From NCBI GenBank assembly GCA_964534245.1, contig CAZHQU010000001.1, positions 1-37,364 on the forward strand: a stretch of DNA of 37,364 bases, read 5' to 3'. This stretch comes from an uncultured Coprobacillus sp. (GTDB taxonomy: Bacteria > Bacillota_I > Bacilli_A > ML615J-28 > CAG-698). The position numbers were made by a program, and so were the translations under genes. This document shows, in pieces, positions 8,612 through 16,934 of the stretch (within the stretch, counting starts at the first letter, position 1; the number at the start of each line of letters is the position of its first letter). The notes under the pieces were generated by a model. It searched no databases, was not told where the DNA came from, and worked only from the letters and a program-made list of their open reading frames with translations.

Positions 8612-8640
8612 ATTATACATAAAATTAGTGTCGTTGTCAA
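8612..8640 (-). promoter_or_regulatory. sigma-A-type promoter of the DUF4143 ATPase gene
   Basis: Minus strand TTGACA (8635-8640), 17 nt, TATAAT (8612-8617). A 16-mer AATTTTATG(C/T)ATAATA occurs twice (second copy about 33 bp upstream). Confidence 0.7.
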
Positions 8641-8729
8641 TAATATTATGCATAAAATTGGAGTGTGTTTGTGTTCATTTTTGCATATTTTTAGAACTCT
8701 TAATTATTTAAATTTTTATTTATTATAAT

Positions 8730-9689
8730 TTATTTAATTGTTCCTGTTAAATTTTTCAGATAGTTTTTTATTTCTTTACTAATTATATTATACTCGTAAT
8801 CGTGGACATAGTGTGGACAGTCTAGTCGAACGACTTTTACTTGATCTAAAGCATTTGCATACATCAAAGTAGCATCTGTAAGTTTTATTGTTGAGGTATC
8901 GCTTGAAATAAATAATAGCATTGGAACACTTGGAATTTCTCCTGCTTCAACAATCTTTGCGTTCTCACTAACATACTTTAGTTCATTCATAATTGTTCTA
9001 TTACTAAAATTTTTATATAGTAATGCATGAACAATTTCTTTTTCTTTCTCTGTAAGAGTTCCGTATTTTACACAATCTAGTTCATTTAGCAAAGGTAATA
9101 ACCTAATTATACCTACCTTCGCATTAAATTGACTAACTACATTCATAAACACATTATTTTTGAAGTTTTCATATGCTGCTGGTACAGCCATATCTAATCC
9201 AATTATAGCTTCAACTTCATTTGGATACTTTTGTGCCCAGTATAATGCTTCAAGTCCTGACATAGAATGAGGACATAAAACATATGGTCCCTCTATATCT
9301 ACTAAAGCTAAAGCTGCTCTAGTTTCGCTTAATACTGTATCTATATCTCTTGGATTATCCACAACATCACTGAAACCATAACCGAATCTTTCAACAACTA
9401 CAATTCTATATTCATCAGTGAGCAAAGAGAATAATGATTTAAAGTCAAGTATAGGAGATGGAGTATCAGAACCAGACAAAAATACAATAGTTTTATCTCC
9501 AGTTCCTTCTATATAAACGCTCATATTATTTCCATTCACTTCCACAAGCTCTCCCAATGGAGTTCTTAGTGGTTCTTCGGTTATTAATTTAATATGATGA
9601 AATAATACTAATGTTAGCAATATGGTAAAAGTAATAATTAATTCTATTATAGTTTTCTTGGTCTTATTTTTGTTCTTATTATTTTTCAT
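8730..9689 (-). CDS. membrane-anchored alpha/beta hydrolase
   Basis: N-terminal Lys-rich segment plus TM helix (IIELIITFTILLTLVLF). HSMSG nucleophile elbow and C-terminal CPHYVH. The track start 9707 is GTG; ATG 9689 with AAGGA upstream is preferred, but either is possible. Confidence 0.85.
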   Translation of the reverse strand: MKNNKNKNKTKKTIIELIITFTILLTLVLFHHIKLITEEPLRTPLGELVEVNGNNMSVYIEGTGDKTIVFLSGSDTPSPILDFKSLFSLLTDEYRIVVVERFGYGFSDVVDNPRDIDTVLSETRAALALVDIEGPYVLCPHSMSGLEALYWAQKYPNEVEAIIGLDMAVPAAYENFKNNVFMNVVSQFNAKVGIIRLLPLLNELDCVKYGTLTEKEKEIVHALLYKNFSNRTIMNELKYVSENAKIVEAGEIPSVPMLLFISSDTSTIKLTDATLMYANALDQVKVVRLDCPHYVHDYEYNIISKEIKNYLKNLTGTIK

Positions 9690-9711
9690 ATTTTTATGTC
9701 CTTTCACGTCG

Positions 9712-10533
9712 TTACTCTTTATTAGAATTTTTTCTTACATAAATATATTGAATATATAGTATAACTATATTTATTATAGCGCTAACTAAATATCCAAGTT
9801 TATATAAATTAAACACAGTACTATCTTTAATTGCAATGGTTTGAATTAACCCGCAAGTCACATTAATTACAATAGATACAATAAGTGCTATTATCTGCAT
9901 TAGTTCAAGTTTACTTAGTTTTTTTATGCCTTGTTTTTTTCTAATGTTTGTTTGATATAAAAACATACAGAAGTTACATATTGATATTATAAAGAATTCA
10001 ATAAGTAATGTTAATGTATCTACCGCAGCAGTTAGCATTAACAGTGAATTTATAAATATACTTAACCCAAATACTAATATGAATAATGAAACATACTTTA
10101 ATTCTACTTGATAATAAATTAAATTATAGAACTTAGTTTCATAGAAATTTTTAAAAGTAATAAAACTATATATAAATAAACATATACTAATTACAAACAA
10201 AACTACTGATAACCATATTGGTAATAAATGTATTGTTAAACCTAAAAGTGAACATATTACTAAAGATATAACTATTTTTGCTTTGTATCTTCCAATAAGA
10301 TTCCAATCTATTTGATTATTATTTAGTAGTTTGGCATTTGTTTCTCCATATAACTCTTCTATTGTTACTTCTAACGCTTTAGCAAGTTCTGGAATTATAC
10401 TTGTATCAGGAAGCTGCGTGCCCACTTCCCATCTTGAAACAGTTTTGTCTGAAACATTTAACTTTTCAGCAAGGTCTCTTTGTGTTAGTTTTAAATCTTT
10501 TCTTCTTTGAATAATAATTTTTGAAAAATCCAT
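9712..10533 (-). CDS. XRE-family HTH regulator fused to a multi-pass membrane domain
   Basis: MDFSKIIIQRRKDLKLTQRDLAEKLNVSDKTVSRWE (HTH_3) followed by about 6 hydrophobic helices. Start moved to ATG 10533 because GGAGG (10542-10546) lies 8 nt upstream. Confidence 0.85.
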   Translation of the reverse strand: MDFSKIIIQRRKDLKLTQRDLAEKLNVSDKTVSRWEVGTQLPDTSIIPELAKALEVTIEELYGETNAKLLNNNQIDWNLIGRYKAKIVISLVICSLLGLTIHLLPIWLSVVLFVISICLFIYSFITFKNFYETKFYNLIYYQVELKYVSLFILVFGLSIFINSLLMLTAAVDTLTLLIEFFIISICNFCMFLYQTNIRKKQGIKKLSKLELMQIIALIVSIVINVTCGLIQTIAIKDSTVFNLYKLGYLVSAIINIVILYIQYIYVRKNSNKE

Positions 10534-10567
10534 AATATTAACCTCCATAATGGTCTCATTATACATT

Positions 10568-10595
10568 ATTATAACATTTAAATACACATCGTCAA
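10568..10595 (-). promoter_or_regulatory. sigma-A-type promoter of the XRE-hydrolase operon
   Basis: Minus strand TTGACG (10590-10595), 16 nt, TATAAT (10568-10573) preceded by TGT (extended -10). Confidence 0.6.
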
Positions 10596-10625
10596 TATTG
10601 AATTTTCTCCCAAGTTTTGAGATTT

Positions 10626-10657
10626 AAAAAATAGGTCCTTTTGAGACCTATTTTTTT
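10626..10657 (-). terminator. bidirectional-looking rho-independent terminator after the 809-aa lipoprotein gene
   Basis: ATAGGTC (10631-10637) / GACCTAT (10645-10651) stem with a 7-nt loop, flanked by A run 10626-10630 and T run 10652-10657. Confidence 0.75.
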
Positions 10658-10700
10658 ATTTTGTCTTTTATTTTGTCTTTTATTTTGTCTTTTATTTTGT
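10657..10700. repeat. 12-bp tandem repeat TATTTTGTCTTT x about 3.7, overlapping the lipoprotein stop codon
   Basis: Units at 10657-10668, 10669-10680, 10681-10692, and partial 10693-10700. On the coding strand each unit reads AAG ACA AAA TAA. Confidence 0.9.
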
Positions 10701-13121
10701 ATAGAAAGATTCAAACTCAGATTTTATTTCTTCATAAACTGATTTAAATTCTTCATCGTAATCATTTCCTTTATAGAAAGTATTAATAGCGGGATCCTTC
10801 AATAAAGATGCGCCAGATACTTCTCTTAATCTTCTTAATGGCTCATGTATAAGTGGTAAATCATAAAAGTATAATACTGCTTCTGTTGAATTATTATCAG
10901 CATATTTATTATTTAATTCTTCTTTTAAGGAATCTTTTACTTCATCTTCAGAAATATATTTTTTTGTTAAACTTAATGTTTCTTGCATTATGTACCATAT
11001 ATTTTTTTGAGCATCTTTTGCTATTTCTTCTGGATAATTTCGACCATTAGGATAAACATATATCATTTGTGAATCATTATAAATTCTAGTTTCTTCTTTA
11101 GTCAAATCATCTGGATAAGGGAATGGAACATAACCAAATTCAGTAATTCCTTCTCCCCACATATCATCTTGCCATCTACCATTATTATTAACAAACCATT
11201 GATAACCTGGTACCATTAATGTGCCACCTTCATCTGCCTTAAAAAATGAATTTGGAACATCATTCCATTCAGCCCATGTTACATTTGTATTAACCGCGCC
11301 TTTTTCAGTTAAGCCATAAATTAAAGATGCGGCTGCTTTTGATCTATCATTAATTATATTAACTTCTAAAGTCTTAATATTTGCAACACTTTCATCTGCA
11401 GCTGCAGTCATTCCCAAATAGTAGTAATATGGATGCCCACCTAATACATATTCATTTTCACCTAGTTTTTCTTGAACATCTAATACCCAATTAGTAAAAC
11501 CTGTGTAGTTCCATTTTCCTTCATTGAAAAGTTTTGCTGGAGATTCTACTCCTAGTTCTTTAAGCCATCCATAATTATAGAACAATCCATTAGTATTATC
11601 TAATTCATATAAATATTTGTATGGCTCTGCATTTGACGCATATATTTTATTATTATATGTTACAAGATCTTTATCATATACTGACATTAAATCAAGATGA
11701 TAATTATCATAATACTCAGTTAAATCTTTTATTACTCCCTCATCAGCCAAATCAGAAATCACAAAGTTACTAAAGTATGCAATATCACAGGCTACTCTTC
11801 CATTTTCATATTCATATTTTAATGTTACTGAGTATGGATCAAAAGTTGCTGAAGCACTAGATTCTTTAACTACAATATCGCAGTTATATTTTGATTCTAC
11901 TTCTGTCCATGCTTTTTGTTTTGCTAAGCGATCAGGATTTGAATAATTATCTAAAAATGGATCGACATTATCAAAAGAATTATATGGTACCATTATTACT
12001 ATTTGATATCCATTTAAGGAAGAAATACTTAATGGTTCAGGTTCATTTAGTATTTCAACAGTATAATATTCTGATTTTACATCAGGATAATGTTTGCTTA
12101 CTGCTCTTACTTTTATATTTCCTTTCTCTAAAGCCTTAATTTTACCATTTTCTGTTATTATTGCTTTAGAGTTAGATGATGAATGTAATTCCCATATAAC
12201 TTCATTTATAGCATCTGTAGGGTATATAATAACTCCTAATTCTTTTTCATATCCAACATACATTGTTTCATTCTTAACTGATGGATTAACTACGATTTTA
12301 TTAGGTTTTATTAACTCAAACTTAGCATATAAAGTTATATTATCTTTTACATTTTCTTTAAAATCATATAAGTTTATATATTTATCATCCTTATACCAAC
12401 CTACAAAAGTATATCCTTCTCTCACTGGAGTATTAGGTTCTGTTAATACTTGATTATATTCATAATCTACTTCAACTTTTGAATCATCATTTCCTAAATC
12501 ATCAATGATAAATGTAACTTTATATTTATTAATTTCCCATTTAGGTTCTAATAATAGATCTTCATAAATAGGTGCATCAAAATTGAAAAGTTCATTATTT
12601 AAGTACCATCCAGTAAATGTATACCCTTCTTTATCTAGGTCATTTGGTTTTAATGCTTTTTCACCATACTTTAACTCTATATTACTATCACCAAACGTAA
12701 TAACTAAAGTTTTAATATCACTACACTTACATACACCTTCAACATATTCATGAATATGTTCTTTATATAATGCTTTAATAGTTAAGTCACATGTAACATT
12801 ACTAAAGTCTTCACTCCATCCAGTAAAATCATATCCCTCTCTTATTGGATTTTCTGGAGCATTAGCGCTTTTGTTCTCCAAAACTTTTTCTTCTTTTATG
12901 ACTGATTCATCATAATCAACAAACTTTACAGTGTACTCAACTTCAATTGTTTTACCGCACTCACATCTTCCTTCATCAAACGTACAGTCATGAACTTCAT
13001 TACATAGTAAACATTTACCATCTCTAAACTCATGTTCACATTCATTACATCCAGTTAATATAAACATAGTTAATATTAACATAGAAATTATGATTAATGT
13101 AAAGTATCCAAATCTTTTCAT
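10692..13121 (-). CDS. surface lipoprotein: Flg_new (Listeria-Bacteroides) repeats, His/Cys knuckles, Big_2 domain, C-terminal solute-binding-protein-like domain
   Basis: Lipobox ILTGC (Cys25). Three GY(T/D)F(T/V)GW repeat units. The Big_2-like segment KELGVIIYPTDAINEVIW...KALEKGNIKVRAVS. The C-terminal ~440 aa resembles sugar-type SBPs (tentative). AGGAG SD. Confidence 0.9.
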   Translation of the reverse strand: MKRFGYFTLIIISMLILTMFILTGCNECEHEFRDGKCLLCNEVHDCTFDEGRCECGKTIEVEYTVKFVDYDESVIKEEKVLENKSANAPENPIREGYDFTGWSEDFSNVTCDLTIKALYKEHIHEYVEGVCKCSDIKTLVITFGDSNIELKYGEKALKPNDLDKEGYTFTGWYLNNELFNFDAPIYEDLLLEPKWEINKYKVTFIIDDLGNDDSKVEVDYEYNQVLTEPNTPVREGYTFVGWYKDDKYINLYDFKENVKDNITLYAKFELIKPNKIVVNPSVKNETMYVGYEKELGVIIYPTDAINEVIWELHSSSNSKAIITENGKIKALEKGNIKVRAVSKHYPDVKSEYYTVEILNEPEPLSISSLNGYQIVIMVPYNSFDNVDPFLDNYSNPDRLAKQKAWTEVESKYNCDIVVKESSASATFDPYSVTLKYEYENGRVACDIAYFSNFVISDLADEGVIKDLTEYYDNYHLDLMSVYDKDLVTYNNKIYASNAEPYKYLYELDNTNGLFYNYGWLKELGVESPAKLFNEGKWNYTGFTNWVLDVQEKLGENEYVLGGHPYYYYLGMTAAADESVANIKTLEVNIINDRSKAAASLIYGLTEKGAVNTNVTWAEWNDVPNSFFKADEGGTLMVPGYQWFVNNNGRWQDDMWGEGITEFGYVPFPYPDDLTKEETRIYNDSQMIYVYPNGRNYPEEIAKDAQKNIWYIMQETLSLTKKYISEDEVKDSLKEELNNKYADNNSTEAVLYFYDLPLIHEPLRRLREVSGASLLKDPAINTFYKGNDYDEEFKSVYEEIKSEFESFYTK

Positions 13122-13165
13122 ACAATATAACTCCTTTCTTAAAAATTAAATATATATTTACTTTG

Positions 13166-13194
13166 ATTATATTATATTATATTTTTATTGTCAA
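13166..13194 (-). promoter_or_regulatory. sigma-A-type promoter of the 809-aa lipoprotein gene
   Basis: Minus strand TTGACA (13189-13194), 17 nt, TATAAT (13166-13171). Confidence 0.7.
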
Positions 13195-13200
13195 GTTTTT

Positions 13201-13330
13201 TCATTTGTAGCGGAAATCACACATTTATGGCTAAAGCATAGGAAAACGCCACAGATTTTGTGGCGGTTTTAATAGTTTTCTAGTTTTTTACTCAATTCCG
13301 CTACAAGAAAATTTTTTTAAAATTTTCTCT
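13201..13330. repeat. copy A of a repeated structured upstream module (partner at 33091-33222)
   Basis: 11-bp perfect inverted repeat TTGTAGCGGAA (13205-13215) / TTCCGCTACAA (13296-13306) enclosing GC-rich hairpin CGCCACA-GATTT-TGTGGCG (13247-13265). Aligns by eye with 33091-33222. Confidence 0.8.
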
Positions 13331-13392
13331 AAAACTTTAGTATATGAGTATATATGAATGTTAAAATCGTTTATTTATTTTTTAAAATAATT

Positions 13393-13414
13393 AAAAAGAC
13401 CTCTTTCGAGGTCT
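13393..13414 (-). terminator. rho-independent terminator of the ribosomal supercluster (after rplQ)
   Basis: AGACCTC (13397-13403) / GAGGTCT (13408-13414) stem with TTTC loop. The minus-strand T run is the complement of A13393-13397. Confidence 0.8.
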
Positions 13415-13450
13415 ATTAATTCTAATATACAAAGTACTTATACTTTTATA

Positions 13451-13816
13451 TTATTCAACGAAACTGATGATAGCCATAGGAGCGTTATCTCCACGTCTAG
13501 GCATAGTTTTTAACACTCTTGTATATCCACCGTTACGATCTTTGTATTTAGGAGCGATTTCCTTAAATAACTTTTGAATTGCATATGTGTTTTCTTCGTC
13601 TTTTTCAAATCTGATCATTTTTGCAGCTTGACGAATTGCAGCTAAGTCACCTTTCTTGCCTAATGTAACCATTTTATCAGCAAGTTTTTGTAATTCTTTA
13701 GCTTTACACAATGTTGTTTCGATTTGTTCATTTATAATAAGGTCTGTAATTAAATCTCTTAAAAGAGCTTTTCTTTGAGCAGAGTTACGACCTAATTTAC
13801 GATAACCTAATGACAT
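13451..13816 (-). CDS. rplQ: 50S ribosomal protein L17
   Basis: [22 protein letters not shown]...GGYTRVLK...[20 protein letters not shown]. Follows rpoA. Confidence 0.97.
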   Translation of the reverse strand: MSLGYRKLGRNSAQRKALLRDLITDLIINEQIETTLCKAKELQKLADKMVTLGKKGDLAAIRQAAKMIRFEKDEENTYAIQKLFKEIAPKYKDRNGGYTRVLKTMPRRGDNAPMAIISFVE

Positions 13817-13842
13817 TTTTTTCCTCCTGTGTAATAGTCGAT

Positions 13843-14922
13843 TTATTCATCGAATGAATCGTCGTCATCATCTTCTAAAAGATCATCTGTATTTTCTTCA
13901 CTGAAATAACTATCGCTATCATAACCATGTTTGAAGCTTAATCCTCTTTCATGAAGTTTCATGCAAACTTCTTTTAGTGACTTACGACCTAGATTACGAA
14001 TTCTCATCATTTCTTCTTCAGTCTTTTGGATTAATTCACCAATTGTATTAATGCCAGCTCTCTTTAAGCAATTTTGAGAACGAACTGATAGGTCAAGTTC
14101 TTCGATTCTAGTTTCATGTTTTTTGTTTTGTGTTTTTTCTTCACGTTCATACATATATTCTTCATTAACAACTATTTCATTAAATGAAGTAAGAATTTGG
14201 AAATGTTCAATTAAGAATTTTGATGCGAGAGAAACAGCATCACTTGGCTTAATAGAATCATTTGTCCATACATCAAGTGTAAGTTTATCAAATGATACAT
14301 CTTCATCTACACGTGTTTTTTCAACTTCATAATTTACTTTTGTAATTGGAGTATAAATAGAATCAATTGCAATTCTATCAACATATAAATTACCAGATTC
14401 ATCGCGACAATATACTTTGTTTTCATCAGCGCTTACATAACCGATTCCACGTTTAGCATAGAATACAGCTTTGAATTTTGCACCTTTTGATAAAGTAGCG
14501 ATTACTTGGTCAGGGTTAACAACTGTTAATAAATTTGAATGGTCAACTAAATCACCAGCTGTAACAACTCCTTCACCTTCTTTGTAAACACTTAATTCAA
14601 AAATTTCTTCTTGTGCTTTAGGCATTGGTTTGTATAATAATTCTTCGTCGATTTTGAAAATTACCTTCTTTAAGTTTAATACTATTCCAGTTACATCTTC
14701 TCTTACTTTGTCTAGAGCCATAAATTCATGAGCAACACCTTCAATGTTCATAGCAACGATTGCTACACCAGGCATTGATGATAATAAAACACGGCGAAGT
14801 GCATTTCCAAGAGTCAACCCGTATCCTCTTTCTAGCGGTGAGATTACAAATTTTGCATAAGTATTCCCCTCATTGCCATTATCTACTGTAACTTGAGGTT
14901 TAATAAATTCGAATTTTCTCAT
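13843..14922 (-). CDS. rpoA: DNA-directed RNA polymerase alpha subunit, with acidic C-terminal tail
   Basis: [50 protein letters not shown]. The second ATG (14922) is preferred because AGGAGG abuts the first ATG (14928). Confidence 0.96.
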   Translation of the reverse strand: MRKFEFIKPQVTVDNGNEGNTYAKFVISPLERGYGLTLGNALRRVLLSSMPGVAIVAMNIEGVAHEFMALDKVREDVTGIVLNLKKVIFKIDEELLYKPMPKAQEEIFELSVYKEGEGVVTAGDLVDHSNLLTVVNPDQVIATLSKGAKFKAVFYAKRGIGYVSADENKVYCRDESGNLYVDRIAIDSIYTPITKVNYEVEKTRVDEDVSFDKLTLDVWTNDSIKPSDAVSLASKFLIEHFQILTSFNEIVVNEEYMYEREEKTQNKKHETRIEELDLSVRSQNCLKRAGINTIGELIQKTEEEMMRIRNLGRKSLKEVCMKLHERGLSFKHGYDSDSYFSEENTDDLLEDDDDDSFDE

Positions 14923-14957
14923 TCGCATCCTCCTTTTATTATATATAAATTAATTGA

Positions 14958-15341
14958 TTATCCTCTAGGTTTCTTAGGTGGACGACATCCATTGTGAGGA
15001 ATTGGTGTAACATCCTTAATAGATGTGATTTCTAATCCAGCTACTTGTAATGATCTAATTGCTGCTTCTCTACCAGGACCAGGTCCTTTAACAGAAACTT
15101 CTACTTTTACTACACCTGCATCAGCAGCTGCTTTAGCACATGCTTCAGAAGCTTGGCTTGCTGCGAATGGTGTAGATTTCTTACTACCTTTGAATCCTAA
15201 CGCACCAGCACTGCTCCAAGCGATTGCATTTCCTTCTGGATCAGTAATAGTAACGATAGTGTTATTAAATGTTGAATGAATATGAGCTAATCCCACAGGA
15301 ACGCTCTTTTTAATTTTACGTTTACGAATTTTACGAGCCAT
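14958..15341 (-). CDS. rpsK: 30S ribosomal protein S11
   Basis: [18 protein letters not shown]...[10 protein letters not shown]. Conserved order. Confidence 0.97.
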   Translation of the reverse strand: MARKIRKRKIKKSVPVGLAHIHSTFNNTIVTITDPEGNAIAWSSAGALGFKGSKKSTPFAASQASEACAKAAADAGVVKVEVSVKGPGPGREAAIRSLQVAGLEITSIKDVTPIPHNGCRPPKKPRG

Positions 15342-15353
15342 TATTGCTGCCTC

Positions 15354-15719
15354 CTATTTCTTCTTGTTAGCTACTGTCTTAGCTTTACCCTTACGAGTAC
15401 GAGCATTACATCTAGTATTTTGTCCTCTTACAGGTAATCCTTTACGATGACGAATACCTCTGTAGCATCCAATTTCCATTAATCTTTTTATATTCATAGC
15501 AACTTCACGACGTAAATCACCTTCTACTTTATATTCAGCAACTTCACGTCTGATTGTAGCTAATTCTTCTTCAGTTAAATCTTTAACGCGCTTGTTTCCA
15601 TCAACGTTTGCTTTCTTTAAAATTTCAATTGCTGTTGGTCTACCAATTCCATAGATGTAAGTAAGAGAAATACAAACTCTCTTATCACGAGGAATATCAA
15701 CACCAGAAATACGTGCCAT
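15354..15719 (-). CDS. rpsM: 30S ribosomal protein S13
   Basis: [15 protein letters not shown]...[15 protein letters not shown]. Confidence 0.97.
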   Translation of the reverse strand: MARISGVDIPRDKRVCISLTYIYGIGRPTAIEILKKANVDGNKRVKDLTEEELATIRREVAEYKVEGDLRREVAMNIKRLMEIGCYRGIRHRKGLPVRGQNTRCNARTRKGKAKTVANKKK

Positions 15720-15735
15720 AAATTTAGCCTCCTAA

Positions 15736-15849
15736 TTATCCTTGTTTTTGTTTATGTTTTGGATTGTTACAGATAACCATAACTTTTCCATGTCTTTTTA
15801 TTACTTTGCATTTATCGCATATTGGTTTTACAGATGGTCTAACCTTCAT
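15736..15849 (-). CDS. rpmJ: 50S ribosomal protein L36 (not in the supplied ORF track)
   Basis: My translation of the minus strand gives [37 protein letters not shown], 37 aa. GGAGG SD 15856-15860. Canonical position between infA and rpsM. Confidence 0.95.
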   Translation of the reverse strand: MKVRPSVKPICDKCKVIKRHGKVMVICNNPKHKQKQG

Positions 15850-15957
15850 TTTTGTCCTCCTTATTAAACCTTTGTAGTCTTTATTAACCTTAGGTAAAAT
15901 GAGTATTTATCTTATCTTTTATATTTAATATTCTAAATTATGTTTAACTTGAATATA

Positions 15958-16176
15958 TTATTTATCACGATAAGTAATACGTCCACGTGTTAAATCATAT
16001 GGTGACATTTCTACAGTTACTTTATCACCTGGTAAAATGAATATGAAGTTCATACGGATTTTACCAGAAACGTGGGCGATTATTTGATGCCCGTTTTCCA
16101 ATGTTACTTTGAAAATCGAATTTGGTAAAGCATCAGTAACTGTTCCTTTCATAACAATGACATCACTTTTAGACAT
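15958..16176 (-). CDS. infA: translation initiation factor IF-1
   Basis: 72 aa S1-like fold: [35 protein letters not shown]. Start overlaps the map stop. Confidence 0.96.
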   Translation of the reverse strand: MSKSDVIVMKGTVTDALPNSIFKVTLENGHQIIAHVSGKIRMNFIFILPGDKVTVEMSPYDLTRGRITYRDK

Positions 16177-16934
16177 TAACTATCCTCCTCAATTGTGAGT
16201 ATCCTGTACCCATTTTCAGTAATTACAATTGTATGCTCAAAATGAGCGCTATCACTACGATCAACCGTAACAGTTGTCCAATCATCAGATAATATTCTAA
16301 CATTATGTTTTCCAGCATTAACCATAGGTTCTATTGCTAGTGTCATTCCAGGTTTTAGTATTGGTCCATGTCCTGCTTCTCCATAATTTGGAATCGCTGG
16401 ATCTTCATGTAAGTTTCTTCCAACACCATGTCCTGTAAAGTCTTTAACGACAGTATAGCCATGCTCTTTCACATATGATTCAATAGCATGAGATATATCT
16501 GATAATCTATTACCGGGTTTAGCTTGTTCTAATCCTTTGTAAAGTGATTCTTTTGTAACTTTCATAAGTTTCTTTCTTGATTCACTTACTTCGCCAACCC
16601 CATGTGTCATTGCACTATCTCCATGATATCCTTTGTAACAAGCACCGATATCAACAGAGATAATATCACCACTTTTTAAAATTGTTGATTTCTTGGGAAT
16701 TCCATGAATAACAACATTATTTATAGAGGCACATATTGAGCCTGGGAACCCTCCATAGCCTTTGAATGAAGGCACAGCTCCGCAAGCTCTTATTGTCTCT
16801 TCAGCAATCTTATCTAATTCATAGGTAGAAATTCCTGGACGAATCGCCTCTTTAACTTTTCTGTGTGCTAAAGCTGTAATTCGACCAGCTTCTATCATAA
16901 GTTCGATTTCACGATTACTTTTTATTGTTATCAT
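16176..16934 (-). CDS. map: type I methionine aminopeptidase
   Basis: [47 protein letters not shown] metal-ligand motifs. Confidence 0.96.
   Translation of the reverse strand: MITIKSNREIELMIEAGRITALAHRKVKEAIRPGISTYELDKIAEETIRACGAVPSFKGYGGFPGSICASINNVVIHGIPKKSTILKSGDIISVDIGACYKGYHGDSAMTHGVGEVSESRKKLMKVTKESLYKGLEQAKPGNRLSDISHAIESYVKEHGYTVVKDFTGHGVGRNLHEDPAIPNYGEAGHGPILKPGMTLAIEPMVNAGKHNVRILSDDWTTVTVDRSDSAHFEHTIVITENGYRILTIEEDS

Noticed and set aside
10657-10700. CRISPR array (also considered for 649-705)
   Set aside because: The units are contiguous 12-mers with no spacers. The 24-bp pair has only two copies with a 9-bp spacer. There are no cas genes in the window.
6885-12453. Plus-strand ORFs 6885-7082, 10853-11050, 11891-12139 and 12094-12453
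   Set aside because: Shadow ORFs inside minus-strand genes in AT-rich DNA. The products are Leu/Phe/Ile-rich and there are no translation signals.
13201-13310. Clean MITE interpretation of the inverted-repeat element
   Set aside because: Similarity between the two copies continues beyond both inverted-repeat arms, into the promoter on one side and the T/A tract on the other. I see no target-site duplication. It is kept as a repeated module, not called a mobile element.
14923-14928. rpoA start at the first ATG (14928)
   Set aside because: AGGAGG directly abuts that ATG (zero spacing). The second in-frame ATG (14922) has a 6-nt spacer. The difference is only two codons.
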